Shown: piece after piece, positions 24,381-36,160 of the stretch
Layout of the letters: each line of letters starts with the position of its first letter
Position numbering within the stretch: the stretch's first letter is position 1
NCBI GenBank assembly: GCA_010093705.1
Contig: MU006099.1
Span: 310,001-374,000 of the forward strand
Direction of reading: 5' to 3'
DNA length: 64,000 nucleotides
Source: Patellaria atrata CBS 101060
Lineage: Eukaryota
Notes under the pieces: model-generated
What the model was told of the DNA's origin: nothing
The model's input: only the letters and a program-made list of their open reading frames with translations
Databases searched by the model: none
Made by a program: the position numbers and the translations under genes

Positions 24381-24764
24381 ATGAAGTGGATCACTTCTCT
24401 TGTCCTAATCCCCCTCCTGGGGTCAACAGCCGCGATCCCGATCAATCTAGAAGTGAGTGCCAACAGTAAAGCAGACTTCGGTTCGGTATGGTTCGATACC
24501 GATAAACTCTTCCTTTGTGCTGGCACCAATTACGCTGATTGCATGTACTACAAGGTCACAGCTGGGAAGTCCTTTGCGTTCGGGGAAGTTCCCACTCCTC
24601 GCTATTCCGTGAAGTCACCCGCAGGATATTCCTGCAAAGCATACGATACTACGACCTGCAAAACAGGGCGGGAGGCAACAATGCCCCCTAGTGGCAGCCC
24701 GGATCTTAGAGTCGTCCCATATTGGATTTATAACATAAAGGCATTCAAATATACCGTTCCCTGA
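24381..24764 (+). CDS. Small secreted cysteine-containing protein, putative beta/gamma-crystallin-like effector
   Basis: 127 aa with signal peptide MKWITSLVLIPLLGSTAA, 4 Cys, and the pattern LCAGTNYADC...GYSCKAYDTTTC...GSPDL....W..NIKAFK. Confidence 0.7.
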   Translation: MKWITSLVLIPLLGSTAAIPINLEVSANSKADFGSVWFDTDKLFLCAGTNYADCMYYKVTAGKSFAFGEVPTPRYSVKSPAGYSCKAYDTTTCKTGREATMPPSGSPDLRVVPYWIYNIKAFKYTVP

Positions 24765-25290
24765 GGCATTGGTGAGTAATTTATATATTATAATATCAGT
24801 CTGATTTCAATTTGAGAAAATATCATATGCATCCTTTCATTCATGTGAGTGCAAATCAGTGCGGGACAGGGATTCACAGAAGTTGATGAGTGGTAGATTT
24901 GGGGTATTCATACCTGACTGTTAAACCTGAGTCTCTCTCGGATGTTGGTGTACAGGCATTTTGGCCAAAAGACCGTGTCCATTATGAGATCAACCGAGAT
25001 TGTCTGACCATGTGCACGAACCGTTTTCGTCGGTTACTGTACATCGGACGTACGTAAAACGGTAGACTGTTAAATTTGTCTCCGTACAATATTCTACTAG
25101 CCGATACCTCCTAAAGCAGATATCTTCAGGAATTTGGGCATACAACAAGTAGAGTAAACCCTTGGCAAGAGGAACATAGTGATTATGAGAGAATTATCGA
25201 AAGCTCAGTGATATTTTCAGAATAATTGCTTTACCACCTCATACTTAAAGTAATATTTCAATGTACCCGGATTTGACGACAAATGGGTTT

Positions 25291-28200
25291 CTAATAGACT
25301 TCCAAAACATATCTCCCATCATCCTTCAACTGTTCGATTGCCCTCCTGCTATCCATCTTCTTCCCTGCACTCTTCGCCTCGAGCTCTAATGCCTCCTGTA
25401 ACACTTCCGTCACGTCTGGAACTGGCCACGTAGGGCCGCACAGATAGAAGCTGCCTTCCTCCTTCAGATAAGCTTGACGAATCTCGTCCATCGTTTGTCT
25501 CATTCTATCCTGAATGTAAATTTTCTGCGGCTGGTCTCTGCTGAAAGCGCGACCTAGGAGAGTGATTATGCCAGCATCTTGATACGCTTCCCATTCCTCG
25601 CCGTACAGATATTCTTCGCGTTGATGGCGGGAGCCCATGTAGAGTAGTACGGCGCCAATCTTCTCTCCGCGCTGTTTCTGGAGAGCACGCTCTTGGACGA
25701 AGGCGCGGAAGGGTGCCAGACCTGTACCAAGACCAGCCATGATAATTGGGGCAGTAGCCTTAGGGGGAAGTTTCATGACTGACGGTTTGACGGAGACCGT
25801 AACGGAGGTGCCCACGGGCAAGCTATTAAGGTAACGGGTAGCTTGACCAAAGCGATCGCGGCCCTTGGAGTCAACCCAGTTGACTGTGACGATGAGAAGG
25901 GAGACTGAGTTAGGCGTGACCCTTTGAGAAGATGCGATGGAGTATTCACGTCTCTTCATAGGGGACACTATGCGGACAATATCGTGAAAGGAGGGATGGG
26001 CGGAAGAAAACTCGAGTAAAACGTCCGCGAAGGTGATAGTATCCACTTCAGCGCGACGTTTGAATTCGGTCGCGCCATCTGCGCTGCAGAGAGTCAAGAG
26101 ATCTTGTTTCTCCTTGGGATCACTTGCAAACTCTGCTAGTGCTTCGTAGAAGCGTTTAGGCGGTCTTCCAAAGATATCCACGTTCTGCAGAAGTGCTTGG
26201 TAAACGGTGCGGTTCTCAAGAATGCCGGGGTCTTCTCGAGTCGGTACTTCGACAATCTCATCGGGATTGAGACCATACCACTTGATGAACTCTTCAATTT
26301 CGGTTCTGTCGTTCTCTGCATGAATGCCAAGCGCTTCGCCAATGGCGTATGTTAGACCCGAGTCACCAAGGTCAAACTCAATGTGGAAGATATTCCGATC
26401 ATATGTGAGTGGAGTAAGACGGCGATGTTCCTTGACATGGGCTACAAATGTTTTGATACCAAGATCTGGTCTAAGCGATGTTTCAGTACCATAAGCTTCC
26501 TTGAACGCAATTCCTTTGGCAGCAATGACCCAATTCTTGAGTAGAGTCGGTGGCTCGGACTCCATTTTATCAAATGGAGAAAAGCTGTTGATATGGATAT
26601 CCGTCGGTAGAACAGTTGTTTCACCTTCGCCATCAACGGCTGCCCAGGACTCTAGAGTAGTGACGTGGCGCAAAGTTTGGTCTAATTCACCAACTAGACT
26701 GTTGAGGGAGTCCTTGCTGACGTTGGTGGTAGCAATTTTATCCAACGCGGTACTGAGCAGATCGGCCCTTGCAATTTTAAGGAAACAAAGTTGAGCCAAA
26801 GAATTTCCAAGCATCTCATCTTCAGCCACTTTGGATGACGCGGAAGGATCCAAAAGGAATAATTGGATTTCCTGCGACAACAACGCTTTTCTCACACTTG
26901 GTGGCAGTTTTTTCTCTAAATCCTCATCCTTAACTCCAGGAAGTCGAACTATGAGTGAGCTTCTGAACTTCAAAATCTTAAGGATATCGAATTCTCCAAA
27001 GAGCTTTTGTTCACCAACAAATGTTACATCTGCTTGTTCAACTGGATAGGGAGCTTCAATGGACTTACTAGACGTCCGAATATCCGTCCGAATGATACCA
27101 CCTTGAACGAGGTTATCATGGCCTGAACGAAGGGAGACATTCGTTGCCGACATCCCCGCTAGGATTTGGCCAAGTATAAAAGGTGCTTGGATGGATTGTT
27201 CATTGTCCAGATCCCAGAACGTATATTGCTTAATTGTGGGATCCAAGATTTCAGAACATGAACATGATTCTGCTGTTGCAGTGATCTTGGAAATCACTTC
27301 GCTAATGTTGCTTGGAGTCCATACTTGCTCACGAGCGTACTTCAGATCGAGAATAGAAGAGATACCCGCTAAGCTAGGAGCAAAATTCACGGCCGCAAGG
27401 ACGTCGCTGTATAATCGAGAATGCTGGGTATCGTCCACCACCGTTACATTATCGAGCACTTGTCCTAAAACGCCGATTGTCTTTACTGATTTCGGCAGGA
27501 CCGCTAGAAATTCTTCTTCGACGAAGGGGCGGTATAGACGAACATTAACCACACCCACTTTTTGGTCCTTCTTCGCAAGATAGGAAATAACCTGCGCTGA
27601 GATGGTTGCCTCAACGCTACCAAATACAACAAGTACGGATTCAGCGTTGGTATGCCCATGATACTCAAAAGCTTTGTAATCAGTACCAAGTTCGTCATTG
27701 AAAACTTGCAGGAGGCGAATAACGCGACCTTCCTGATCCGAACCTTTGTTATCTGAACCGGATAACTGCTTCAGGATCGTGTTATAGTTGTTGCTCAAGC
27801 CTGATTGATCTAAGACATCCACAACCCTTGTTGTTTCTCTTCCTACGTGAACTCCATCGAAGATATGAATTGTGGGAAGAATGCTCGCCACGAGCGTGGA
27901 TAGGAGGGATATGTGCTGGGCTTCGTAGATGGACGCGCTTGAGATTAATCCAAGACCTAGATCATCTGCAATAGAGAAGGCGGAAACATAATCTGTGACT
28001 AAGCCTGACGATGAAGCAGGTGAATAGTCCACTGCGGCAATGTGCGTTACGAGGGGATTAGACACGGCGTAAAGGAGAGATAGCTGATCAAGAGCACCTC
28101 GGAGGTAGTGTAAGCTCGAAGAGGATGCAACAATAGCTTGAGGGATATGCCTCTTTTTGACATCAAAATCCTCAGAAAAGATATATCCTAACGCAATTGA

Positions 28201-28515
28201 ACCAGCTCCTGCGCGCGTCTCCAAAGATGAGACCCCAGTGCTGTACCCAAAAGCATTCTTTTCACTCCCTGACCTCCATTTCGTTAACGAAGCGTCTAAA
28301 CCAAAAGTTTCCGGGGAATATGCGAAGACTTTATCAGATAACGTGTATGCGACTTGTTGGACAAGTGTCTGTGCCGTAAGATAGGTTGGTCCTCCAATTG
28401 AAGATAGAGGGAGTTCTTGTCCGAAAGGTAGGCTAGAGGCCGTTTGAGAAATCAAAGGTTCTTGCTTCGGTTGCTGTCCAGCGGAACCCCCAGATTGATG
28501 TTGCTGCGAATGCAT
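25291..28515 (-). CDS. MET10: Sulfite reductase [NADPH] flavoprotein (alpha) subunit
   Basis: 1074-aa intronless ORF. PFOR-like N-terminal domains followed by an FNR module with RREYSIASS, GLGTGLAPFRAF, AFSRDQ, YIQD, YLCGP and terminal LEVY. Confidence 0.95.
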   Translation of the reverse strand: MHSQQHQSGGSAGQQPKQEPLISQTASSLPFGQELPLSSIGGPTYLTAQTLVQQVAYTLSDKVFAYSPETFGLDASLTKWRSGSEKNAFGYSTGVSSLETRAGAGSIALGYIFSEDFDVKKRHIPQAIVASSSSLHYLRGALDQLSLLYAVSNPLVTHIAAVDYSPASSSGLVTDYVSAFSIADDLGLGLISSASIYEAQHISLLSTLVASILPTIHIFDGVHVGRETTRVVDVLDQSGLSNNYNTILKQLSGSDNKGSDQEGRVIRLLQVFNDELGTDYKAFEYHGHTNAESVLVVFGSVEATISAQVISYLAKKDQKVGVVNVRLYRPFVEEEFLAVLPKSVKTIGVLGQVLDNVTVVDDTQHSRLYSDVLAAVNFAPSLAGISSILDLKYAREQVWTPSNISEVISKITATAESCSCSEILDPTIKQYTFWDLDNEQSIQAPFILGQILAGMSATNVSLRSGHDNLVQGGIIRTDIRTSSKSIEAPYPVEQADVTFVGEQKLFGEFDILKILKFRSSLIVRLPGVKDEDLEKKLPPSVRKALLSQEIQLFLLDPSASSKVAEDEMLGNSLAQLCFLKIARADLLSTALDKIATTNVSKDSLNSLVGELDQTLRHVTTLESWAAVDGEGETTVLPTDIHINSFSPFDKMESEPPTLLKNWVIAAKGIAFKEAYGTETSLRPDLGIKTFVAHVKEHRRLTPLTYDRNIFHIEFDLGDSGLTYAIGEALGIHAENDRTEIEEFIKWYGLNPDEIVEVPTREDPGILENRTVYQALLQNVDIFGRPPKRFYEALAEFASDPKEKQDLLTLCSADGATEFKRRAEVDTITFADVLLEFSSAHPSFHDIVRIVSPMKRREYSIASSQRVTPNSVSLLIVTVNWVDSKGRDRFGQATRYLNSLPVGTSVTVSVKPSVMKLPPKATAPIIMAGLGTGLAPFRAFVQERALQKQRGEKIGAVLLYMGSRHQREEYLYGEEWEAYQDAGIITLLGRAFSRDQPQKIYIQDRMRQTMDEIRQAYLKEEGSFYLCGPTWPVPDVTEVLQEALELEAKSAGKKMDSRRAIEQLKDDGRYVLEVY

Positions 28516-29075
28516 CTTCCTTCAGAGAAAGGTGATACCACGGTTCCCAGGATCAGACGACTAAGGTTGGTACCCAGAAGATGATGCGCAAAATGAAGCA
28601 GTCTCACGACTTGGGAGTGTTGTAGAGGAAGTAAGTTGTTGAGGCAGCAGAAAAAAAAAGTTACCCTACCTGACAGATAAAAAGCTGTCTTCGGGAAAGA
28701 ATGCGGCGAAGGTGGGTGAGATCCAGACAAGGGCTCTGAGCAATCAGAATGAATCAATTGGCCCCGGAAGAGGGAAGGGAGATGTGTAAAAGCTGTCATT
28801 ATTCTAATTATGTACAAGTGCTACTGTATGTGGGAAGTCTACGACTCTTCGCGTCCCAAAAAGTAATCTAGACGATCACGCAATTTGAAGTCAAAAGGTC
28901 CCACTGCGACCCTTTCGGCAATAGGTTTCTCCGTAGTCCCCGTACCCCACCGTAGCCCAGTTCCCCATAACCTTACAGAATACAACACCCACTGCTATCT
29001 CGTCCTTTTATACACTCCAGACGAAAAAGGACTCTCTCACCCGCATATTGTCTCCCTAATCTTGATTGTAAATTG

Positions 29076-31040
29076 CTATGGCTTTGAGAGATTGAAAATG
29101 CGCGTATGCGGTTTCTTCGACGCTGGCGGGCTTTTACCCCCATCACTGCTTTGACGAGCACGGGTCATGAAGCTGATATAGTTCATGTTCATATCCACCA
29201 CCTTACCGTCTTCTACTGCAATTTCGCCTTTGGAGCAAATAGAAATGATTCACCTGGATTTAGATCCACCATTTCTTCCCATACGTTCTTGATGTCCTCA
29301 TCAGATAGCTTGGATAGCCGGGAAATGGCACCCAGATGTGATCGGAATATGTTGAACCAGTCTGGTGACGCAATCCTATGAATCAAAGCAATATTACAGA
29401 GCTCGAGTAGTTTGGTCGAAATCGTGAGTTCCTAGGCTGCTACGATAATACGAGTGGCTACGTGCCTTTGCTCCCGCACTAATGTCAAAAGGTCGTTTGT
29501 AAACCGCTCTGCGGAAGGCTCCGCGAGTATGAACTACGGGATAATCAATATAAGCCGCCTTGAATCGGAGGAAACCCTACCTTGTGCGCTTCATCTAGTG
29601 CGACTACAATATCTTTTCTCTCGGCTACCGATGGTTCATGTTTGACAAACATGGCTAAAGAGATGTCAAATAAATCGTATGCGGTCGCTGGATCGACGAA
29701 AGGATCCGTAGGATTGACATGACTAATTCCCTTGGATTTCCCGACAAGTTACTCGCCTTCAGTCCGAACATTGACGTATCGATGAAGGCCTCGAGGAGGG
29801 GAGGGAAAACCTCTGCAACAGATGCATCTTCTGGCTCTCATTCAGCCCTGCATCTTTCACCGGTTTCTTGAAATCGTTCCAGTTAATCCCGTAACTTCCT
29901 GGTTCTTGTGCAGCGATGCCCATTTTCCGAAGCATATTATCGCGTATCTATTTCAAAGTTATTACATATATGAGCTGGTCAAGTTCACGAAAAAGCTACG
30001 GATTACCTACTGATGCGTATAACGGCTGATGACCGTCACTGGAATGAAATCCCATGAATTGTTTGATTCGGCCTCCATCCAACTGGCTCTGGCTGAATTT
30101 CAGTTTCTCTATTGTTACGGAACCCGAACCCGGTAATTTTGAGTATCTCTCTCGCATAGCTAAGAGATTCCTTTCGCTCGCAAAAACTTTGATTTTAATA
30201 CTCAATGAGCAGAGATGCGCTACCTTGCAAATGGAACCGGACGAGTTCATGTCGTAATAGAAGACTATTCCACACAGAGGGTTTGGCAAATTGATCACCT
30301 CACTGTGGGTGTACAGATAATTCTCTAGCATACAAGCAAGTGCATAACTCTTGCCACTACCTTGCAGCCCACAAATGAAAGCCGACCATGGAGTATCTGT
30401 ATTCAGGAACACCGCTTCCGGGTTATCATAATCGCCAGGTAAAAGACGCTTTGACGTCTTAGGAGCTTCGTAACCAAGCAGACCGTATTGCTTATAGCCT
30501 GTAAAATTTTGACTATTGCTGGGTTTCGTTACCTGTGCACTACTAGGAGTAGGAGCGAAAGGAGGTTTTGGTGCGGCATTACTGAAGACTGCTGGCGGTG
30601 GTTTGGAGGGCTTAGGGCCAAAATAATAAATGAACGGTGGAGGCTGTTGTGTCTCACCCCCGGGTGTCTGGCGTTTCGATCTCAGAGGCTGATTCCTCGC
30701 TGGTTATAGAATTACTGGTGTTGCTTGCAGAATATTCCGGAACCTTGTATCCTCTCGAACGTGGACGCTTGACCGAATTGTTACTTTCCTGAACGCTTTT
30801 TCGAGGCCGGTTACTTCGTCGATCCATCTTCTCGTCAAGGTTTTCGGCCGAAGATCGTCTTCAATCTTTTCCAAAACAGTGTACGAGAAAATAGGGCAAT
30901 TGCTGATTGCCGCCACGTGGTCCGCAGAATAAATGGCATACCAAAATACTCTCGCCTCACCAAAATCAATACCTCCTAGAAAAGTCACCAAGTTTAACGC
31001 AAAATATCTCCACCAGAAAAATGTAGGAAAAATGTAATTC
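29076..31040 (-). pseudogene. HerA/FtsK-like P-loop ATPase pseudogene with extra N-terminal domain
   Basis: PWSAFICGLQGSGKS (Walker A), TDPFVD, VVALDEAHK (Walker B), REQRHVATRIIVAA*E, IHRIASPDW and SDGGKS. Stops at 30704 and 29432; frameshifts at about 29800, 29720 and 29220. Introns at the same positions as the gene at 56137. Confidence 0.85.
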
Positions 31041-32987
31041 TGTAATAAAATTTGTATCAGAGTATAGAGCGAAAGATGCTCTAAGTATATAAATGATTTT
31101 TAATTTAAAAAGAGTTGTTATATCTATTGTTATAACTCGTTTAAGTGGACGGATTTTAGGTGTGCCATTTAATCTGCCGATCACGTGGCCGCCTGTTTCA
31201 CTTCTACTCCTTGTGTTACTTCCATTCTACATTCCGTTGGCCAAGAACCTTCTACAAGCCGCTCTACTCGATTTGGTGGAATATATGATGTCCTAACAGA
31301 GCGGAGTTTCAAGCTGTGCGTATGAACAACTTACCAAATCAGCTCGGGATGTATACTATTAAAACAAGAGGTATTCTAGTGAGGAACTTTATGCGGAAGA
31401 CTAGTAAACTGCAATATTATTACAGATCGTTTGGATGATCAGAATTATCAAAACAAATATCCTGGGGCCGCAATGTGATCAATTAGGACGAAGGACTAGC
31501 TTTATGGAGCGAGATGATTGAGCATTTGACCAGCAGCAATTGAAGAATAGTTTATTATGGTAGTCGTAACGAGAATGGTGTTGTTGAATGTGGCAGAAAA
31601 AGCTATCATAGAACTAATGCTCTTTTAGGAATAGTATCGATCTCTTACGCCAATCATACCACACCGCTCCCCCCTTTTTCAACCTCGTCAATGGCCTCTG
31701 CGATCTGTAACACAACCCCATTTCTCTATGGAAATTCCCTATCAATGAACCGAGTCTTCAAAAGATATGTTTTTACCAATTATGATGCCATTCGACTTGT
31801 CCAAGTATTTACAATGAGGAAATGCTCTGTATATTGTATGGAATTCGCTTATTCTCGAGCTTCCTCCAGTCCCATCTGTAAGAGAAAGTATGTACGGAGA
31901 ACTCTAGACGTACGGACAACTTCGCCGTACAGACAGTAGAGCTGATCAATGCCGGGATTTAATGACATCCCATCGGTTATTCAAATCGTAGAGCGGTAAA
32001 AGAATGCTAATCATAGCAGGTGAGGAGATCACGGAAGCATTTCACTTCTGCGGCAATAAATTTGCTAGATTGGGGTTCTTTGACTGATAGATTGCAAACT
32101 TATCAGCTCCTACGTAAGAAGTAAATGGGAAAAGTAAATAATAGAATGGTAATATTTATTCTCCTAGGTATAGTTGAACCTGGTTTATATCTTTTTAGAG
32201 AGGACCTATGAAGGGTCGTGAGGTCCTCCTTATTGTATACCTTAGGCTGAAAAGCTGATAATCATTCTCTTCCTTTCATTAGTGCTATGTTTTCATTGGT
32301 TATTTTCACCCATTCTCACTCTTTCGATGTATCTCGCGTTCGGCACTGGAATCAATAAAAATATGAATTGACTATTTCCTACGATCCCGTATAACTGTCT
32401 AGGGTAGTTTGTACTGCTTAAGATATCCAGAATACTAACTCTATAGTAAAGAAAAGGAAAGAAACAAGTTGGAGTAGAGAAGACGAAGGAGAAGATAAAC
32501 CACCTGTAGCTGATGCAGGCCCACCCTTGCCGCACTGTCTGAGGGGTCCATAAGTTGATCTTGGCTACCGCAACGGAAGACGGGAAATCCTTTAGTAGAG
32601 TCCAGTGATTACATAAAAATAGAGAAAAGAGCAAATAATTAAAAGGAGAAAATCGACAAAGGTGGGAATCGAACTAAGTTCGACGTGCAAAAGGACAAAA
32701 ATGACGGCCCAGGAAGGCAGGCTATCACTTCGACGCCTACTTTATGCCAGACCGATACATTCAATCTCCGGCTTTGTATATATACAATTCGAGTGTATTT
32801 TCTTTCAGGAAAAGCAAAGGAATGAAAATTAGAGCGATAAAAAATCACTACGCCATCAACAAGACCCCTTTTATGCAGCCACGGTTCCCATCCGAGGATC
32901 TTTCAGCACATGTTTCCGCTGGACACCCCATCAGATCAGTCCTCTCAACAGCTCCGTAGACATAAAGCTCTTCACAAGCAGACATGT

Positions 32988-34083
32988 CTACTTCATCGAT
33001 GCTGTGGTATCCTCGTTCTTTATGGTCACCATGATACTACCCTCTTCCGCTACGTCTTCTAGGACCGCTTCGAATATGGATTTGATGGTGCGGTTCTTCT
33101 GATACAGCTTCTCCCACTTCCATTTCCTGGGAAACGGACTCCAATCTAAATCAACATCAACCCTTCTCTGTAGCCTTCTCTGCAAGCTGAAGAAATAATA
33201 ACATAGCACACCCGCATCATCCGTATCGAAAACCTGCTTCTCGATCCAGTCGCCATCACACATAATCCTATCCTTAATATCCCTTATCTCCTGCCTCAAC
33301 CGTATCTCCGGTTTCCAGAACTCATACAACCGGTACAACCGTCGCTGAACTGCATCGAAACTCTTCCTACCTAGGACGGTGCTCTCCACATCCGGTGAAG
33401 TGACCGGCCATATCGACCCCTTGAGGGCCCGACCAAACTCCCCCTCCGGCCCCAATTCCCGCTGCCTGCGGAAGAAGTCCCGAAAATGTACTGGCGGTGA
33501 CTCACCAGCTTTCTCGAAGAACCACTCGGGGATCTGCAAACACCTTTCCCGCGACCTCACCCTCCATACCCTGAGCAACACATCCAACAGCTCCCGGGGC
33601 GCAGGCACACTCGAGACCTTCCATCTCCACATCCCTCTCCACCCCTTTAGCGCATGTTCTCAAATAATCCGCGAAGTTCTTCAACGCTCCCGACGACTTG
33701 TTGCGGGAAGGGACTACCCACATGCAAGCCGTCCTCAACATACCCCCTAACTCCCGTACCAACCTCAACCCGGCTTCCACCCTTTCATACCTCAGGAACA
33801 CACTCACGACTATCGCAGCCGCTTGCTCCAAGTCAACCCTCCGCCTCCCCCTGATACATCCCTTCAGTTCCGCTTTCGAGACATCCGCTTTGCACGCCTT
33901 CAGATTGGGCGCATAGGGTGCGAGGTTGCCCTTGTAGCTTGACGATATGAAAGACAAGGGGTAAGAGCCGAATAAGTATTAGACTGCAATCGAGACGATG
34001 TCGGGGGAAGGTTTATGGTCCTCATAATCGGAAAAGTTGCTTATGCGGGGGAGGAAGTATCGGAGGAAACTTACGGGAACCAT
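32988..34083 (-). pseudogene. Hypothetical protein pseudogene
   Basis: The frame from ATG 34083 has a TAA at 33979-33981, continues as ORF 33502-33957, then shifts frame at a G-run near 33640 into ORF 32988-33632. Confidence 0.55.
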
Positions 34084-34737
34084 GGAATTGAAGAGGGGAG
34101 AAGGAGAGAGAGGGGAGCGCCATTGTAGAGGACTCTCCCAGCACGGGTTTGCATTGCGTAGGGAGTTCGGTTGGCATTGTGATGGATGGCTTAGGCCGAC
34201 ACTAGATCATGGGTTGCTGTGGGTGATGGGGCGTTCAAGTGTAGAAGGTAAGTCCATTCTTATATTTCTATAGAGCTACAGGTCATTGTGAGTTTTGACT
34301 GTACTACCTTTTACTGCGGCTACATGGATACTGACTCTCAGATACCGTCGCCCTGTTGACTCATCGGCTGTGCCTCTTTCTAAGGTTGCACAAGTAATTC
34401 GAAGTCGACAGAGATGATGTGCGTCGCTCTGTCATACAAGTATCAAAATTTGTAGAATTGAAAAAACAGTTATATGACGTATTATTTAGCGTCATGAGGA
34501 ATTCCCATGATGAAAACCCCAGGAAGTTGGAAAGTCGTGCCGAGAACCGCCCCTATTGGCCAGAAATGAAAAATATCACTTCCCCAACCAAGAGCATACC
34601 GCAGACATGTAAAGGATGCCAGTGATATTACCACCTCGATCGGTCCCTTTTACTACAAATCGACACCTCTTGACATGATGCACCGACAACCTATATCCCT
34701 CAACCCCCTACTTACCCTCTTCCTTCCCCTTCCCCTC

Positions 34738-35472
34738 TCACTCCGTCCTACCCAACCTCAAGATCTCCGCATGGTCCACAACCCACACACCCCTCTCCCT
34801 CTTCCCCGCCACACACTCCAACCCCGCCACGACCGCCGCCCTCCCCACGACCCTCGCCTCAACGGCCCAAAAATCCCTCAACCCTCCATACACGCAGCCC
34901 ATAGCGCCCGCAAGCCACTGAAACGGCAACTCAGCCCACCTCCCAGTCTCCCTGCGTCCCATCAACAACCCCGGCCTCAGTATCACTGTATACTCGAACC
35001 CTAGCTCCTTGACCCTATCCTCGAGCTCCCCTTTCATGCTGAAATACCCATTCATGGCCCCGCTGTTCGCGAGCCCCGTCGAGACGAGCACGTACGTCGA
35101 GACGCCGGCATCCTTGGCGGCGCGAGCGAGCGCGAGGTTGAGCTCGAGGTCTGTTTTGCGTTGGTTTTCGAGGGAGCCAGCTGCGGTGCGGGTCGTGCCG
35201 AGGGCGGAGAGGAAGAGGTGGGGCTGTGGGGAGCGGGGAAAGAGGGAGGGCCAGGTGGTCGGGTCGGTGGAGGTGAGAGGTTGCAGTTTTGAGGAGGATG
35301 GGTCGAGGGGTCGGCGGGAGTAGGCGGAGACGGCGGTGATGGAGGTATGGGAGAGGAGGGTGCTGAGGATGTGGGAGCCCTGGGAAAGGTTAGTGGGATT
35401 GAGGAAGGATGGGGGTTTGATAGGAGGCCTTACAACGAGGCCTGTACTGCCAACAACTACGGCAGACGTCAT
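34738..35472 (-). CDS. FMP52: Fmp52-like NAD(P)-binding protein (HTATIP2 family)
   Basis: GSTGLV|GSHIL after removing a 54-nt intron (35380-35433). Also SALGTTRTAAGS, DLELNLALARAAK, MKGELE, ILRPGLLMG. Confidence 0.88.
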   Translation of the reverse strand: MTSAVVVGSTGLVVRPPIKPPSFLNPTNLSQGSHILSTLLSHTSITAVSAYSRRPLDPSSSKLQPLTSTDPTTWPSLFPRSPQPHLFLSALGTTRTAAGSLENQRKTDLELNLALARAAKDAGVSTYVLVSTGLANSGAMNGYFSMKGELEDRVKELGFEYTVILRPGLLMGRRETGRWAELPFQWLAGAMGCVYGGLRDFWAVEARVVGRAAVVAGLECVAGKRERGVWVVDHAEILRLGRTE

Positions 35473-36160
35473 GCTTATAGGATCGGGGGCCTAAGGCAAC
35501 GAGATAGCTAATGGGAAAGCTTTTATGTCTTGATACTTCTGGGCTATAGTTTGTTGAAAATATCCCAAAGACTGCAAATAATCGTCAAGTAACAACCTAA
35601 TAGCAAAAAAATTTAAATGCACCAGAGTTTGAGGTAGAAGAGGAGTTTCTGCCGGATTAGGCAAGTCCCGCATCCCGAGAGGACATCGAAACACCTTATT
35701 CCGACGTCAACCTTTCTATATTAGTGTATATCACTAAGCATGGAGTATTGGTAAAAAAAAAAAAAAAAGTCAATCAGGGTGAAATTCACATTACAGACAC
35801 ACGCACGCGGATTCAAAGCGATGATAAGCAAAGTCATAGTATGGAATGTTAGGGATACGGAGCACACTATTTCATATTCGCAATTGATAAGTCATGTATA
35901 TATCCAGAGATAAAAAAGAACCAACGGAGGTAAATTCCGCTTCTCAAAGGCATGTTTCCGTTGAATGAGCCTGATAACGCCATGCTCAATGTCCTGCAAT
36001 TCCCAGAAGAAGAAGAAGAATTTTATGTAACGGTATCTTGTGATCTCAGCAATTTGTAACACCAAATTCTAGGTATATAGACGAAAGAGAAAGGTCCCAG
36101 GCCGACATGATGGAGAGGTGATAGACACTTTGCACATCGTCCTAAATTCGACGAGGATGC

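Noticed and set aside
9577..34083. Stop-codon reassignment (TAA/TAG read as Gln) to explain the in-frame stops
   Set aside because: Conserved genes here (COQ5, MET10, LUC7, CYB5) end normally at TAA/TAG, and most affected loci also carry frameshifts.
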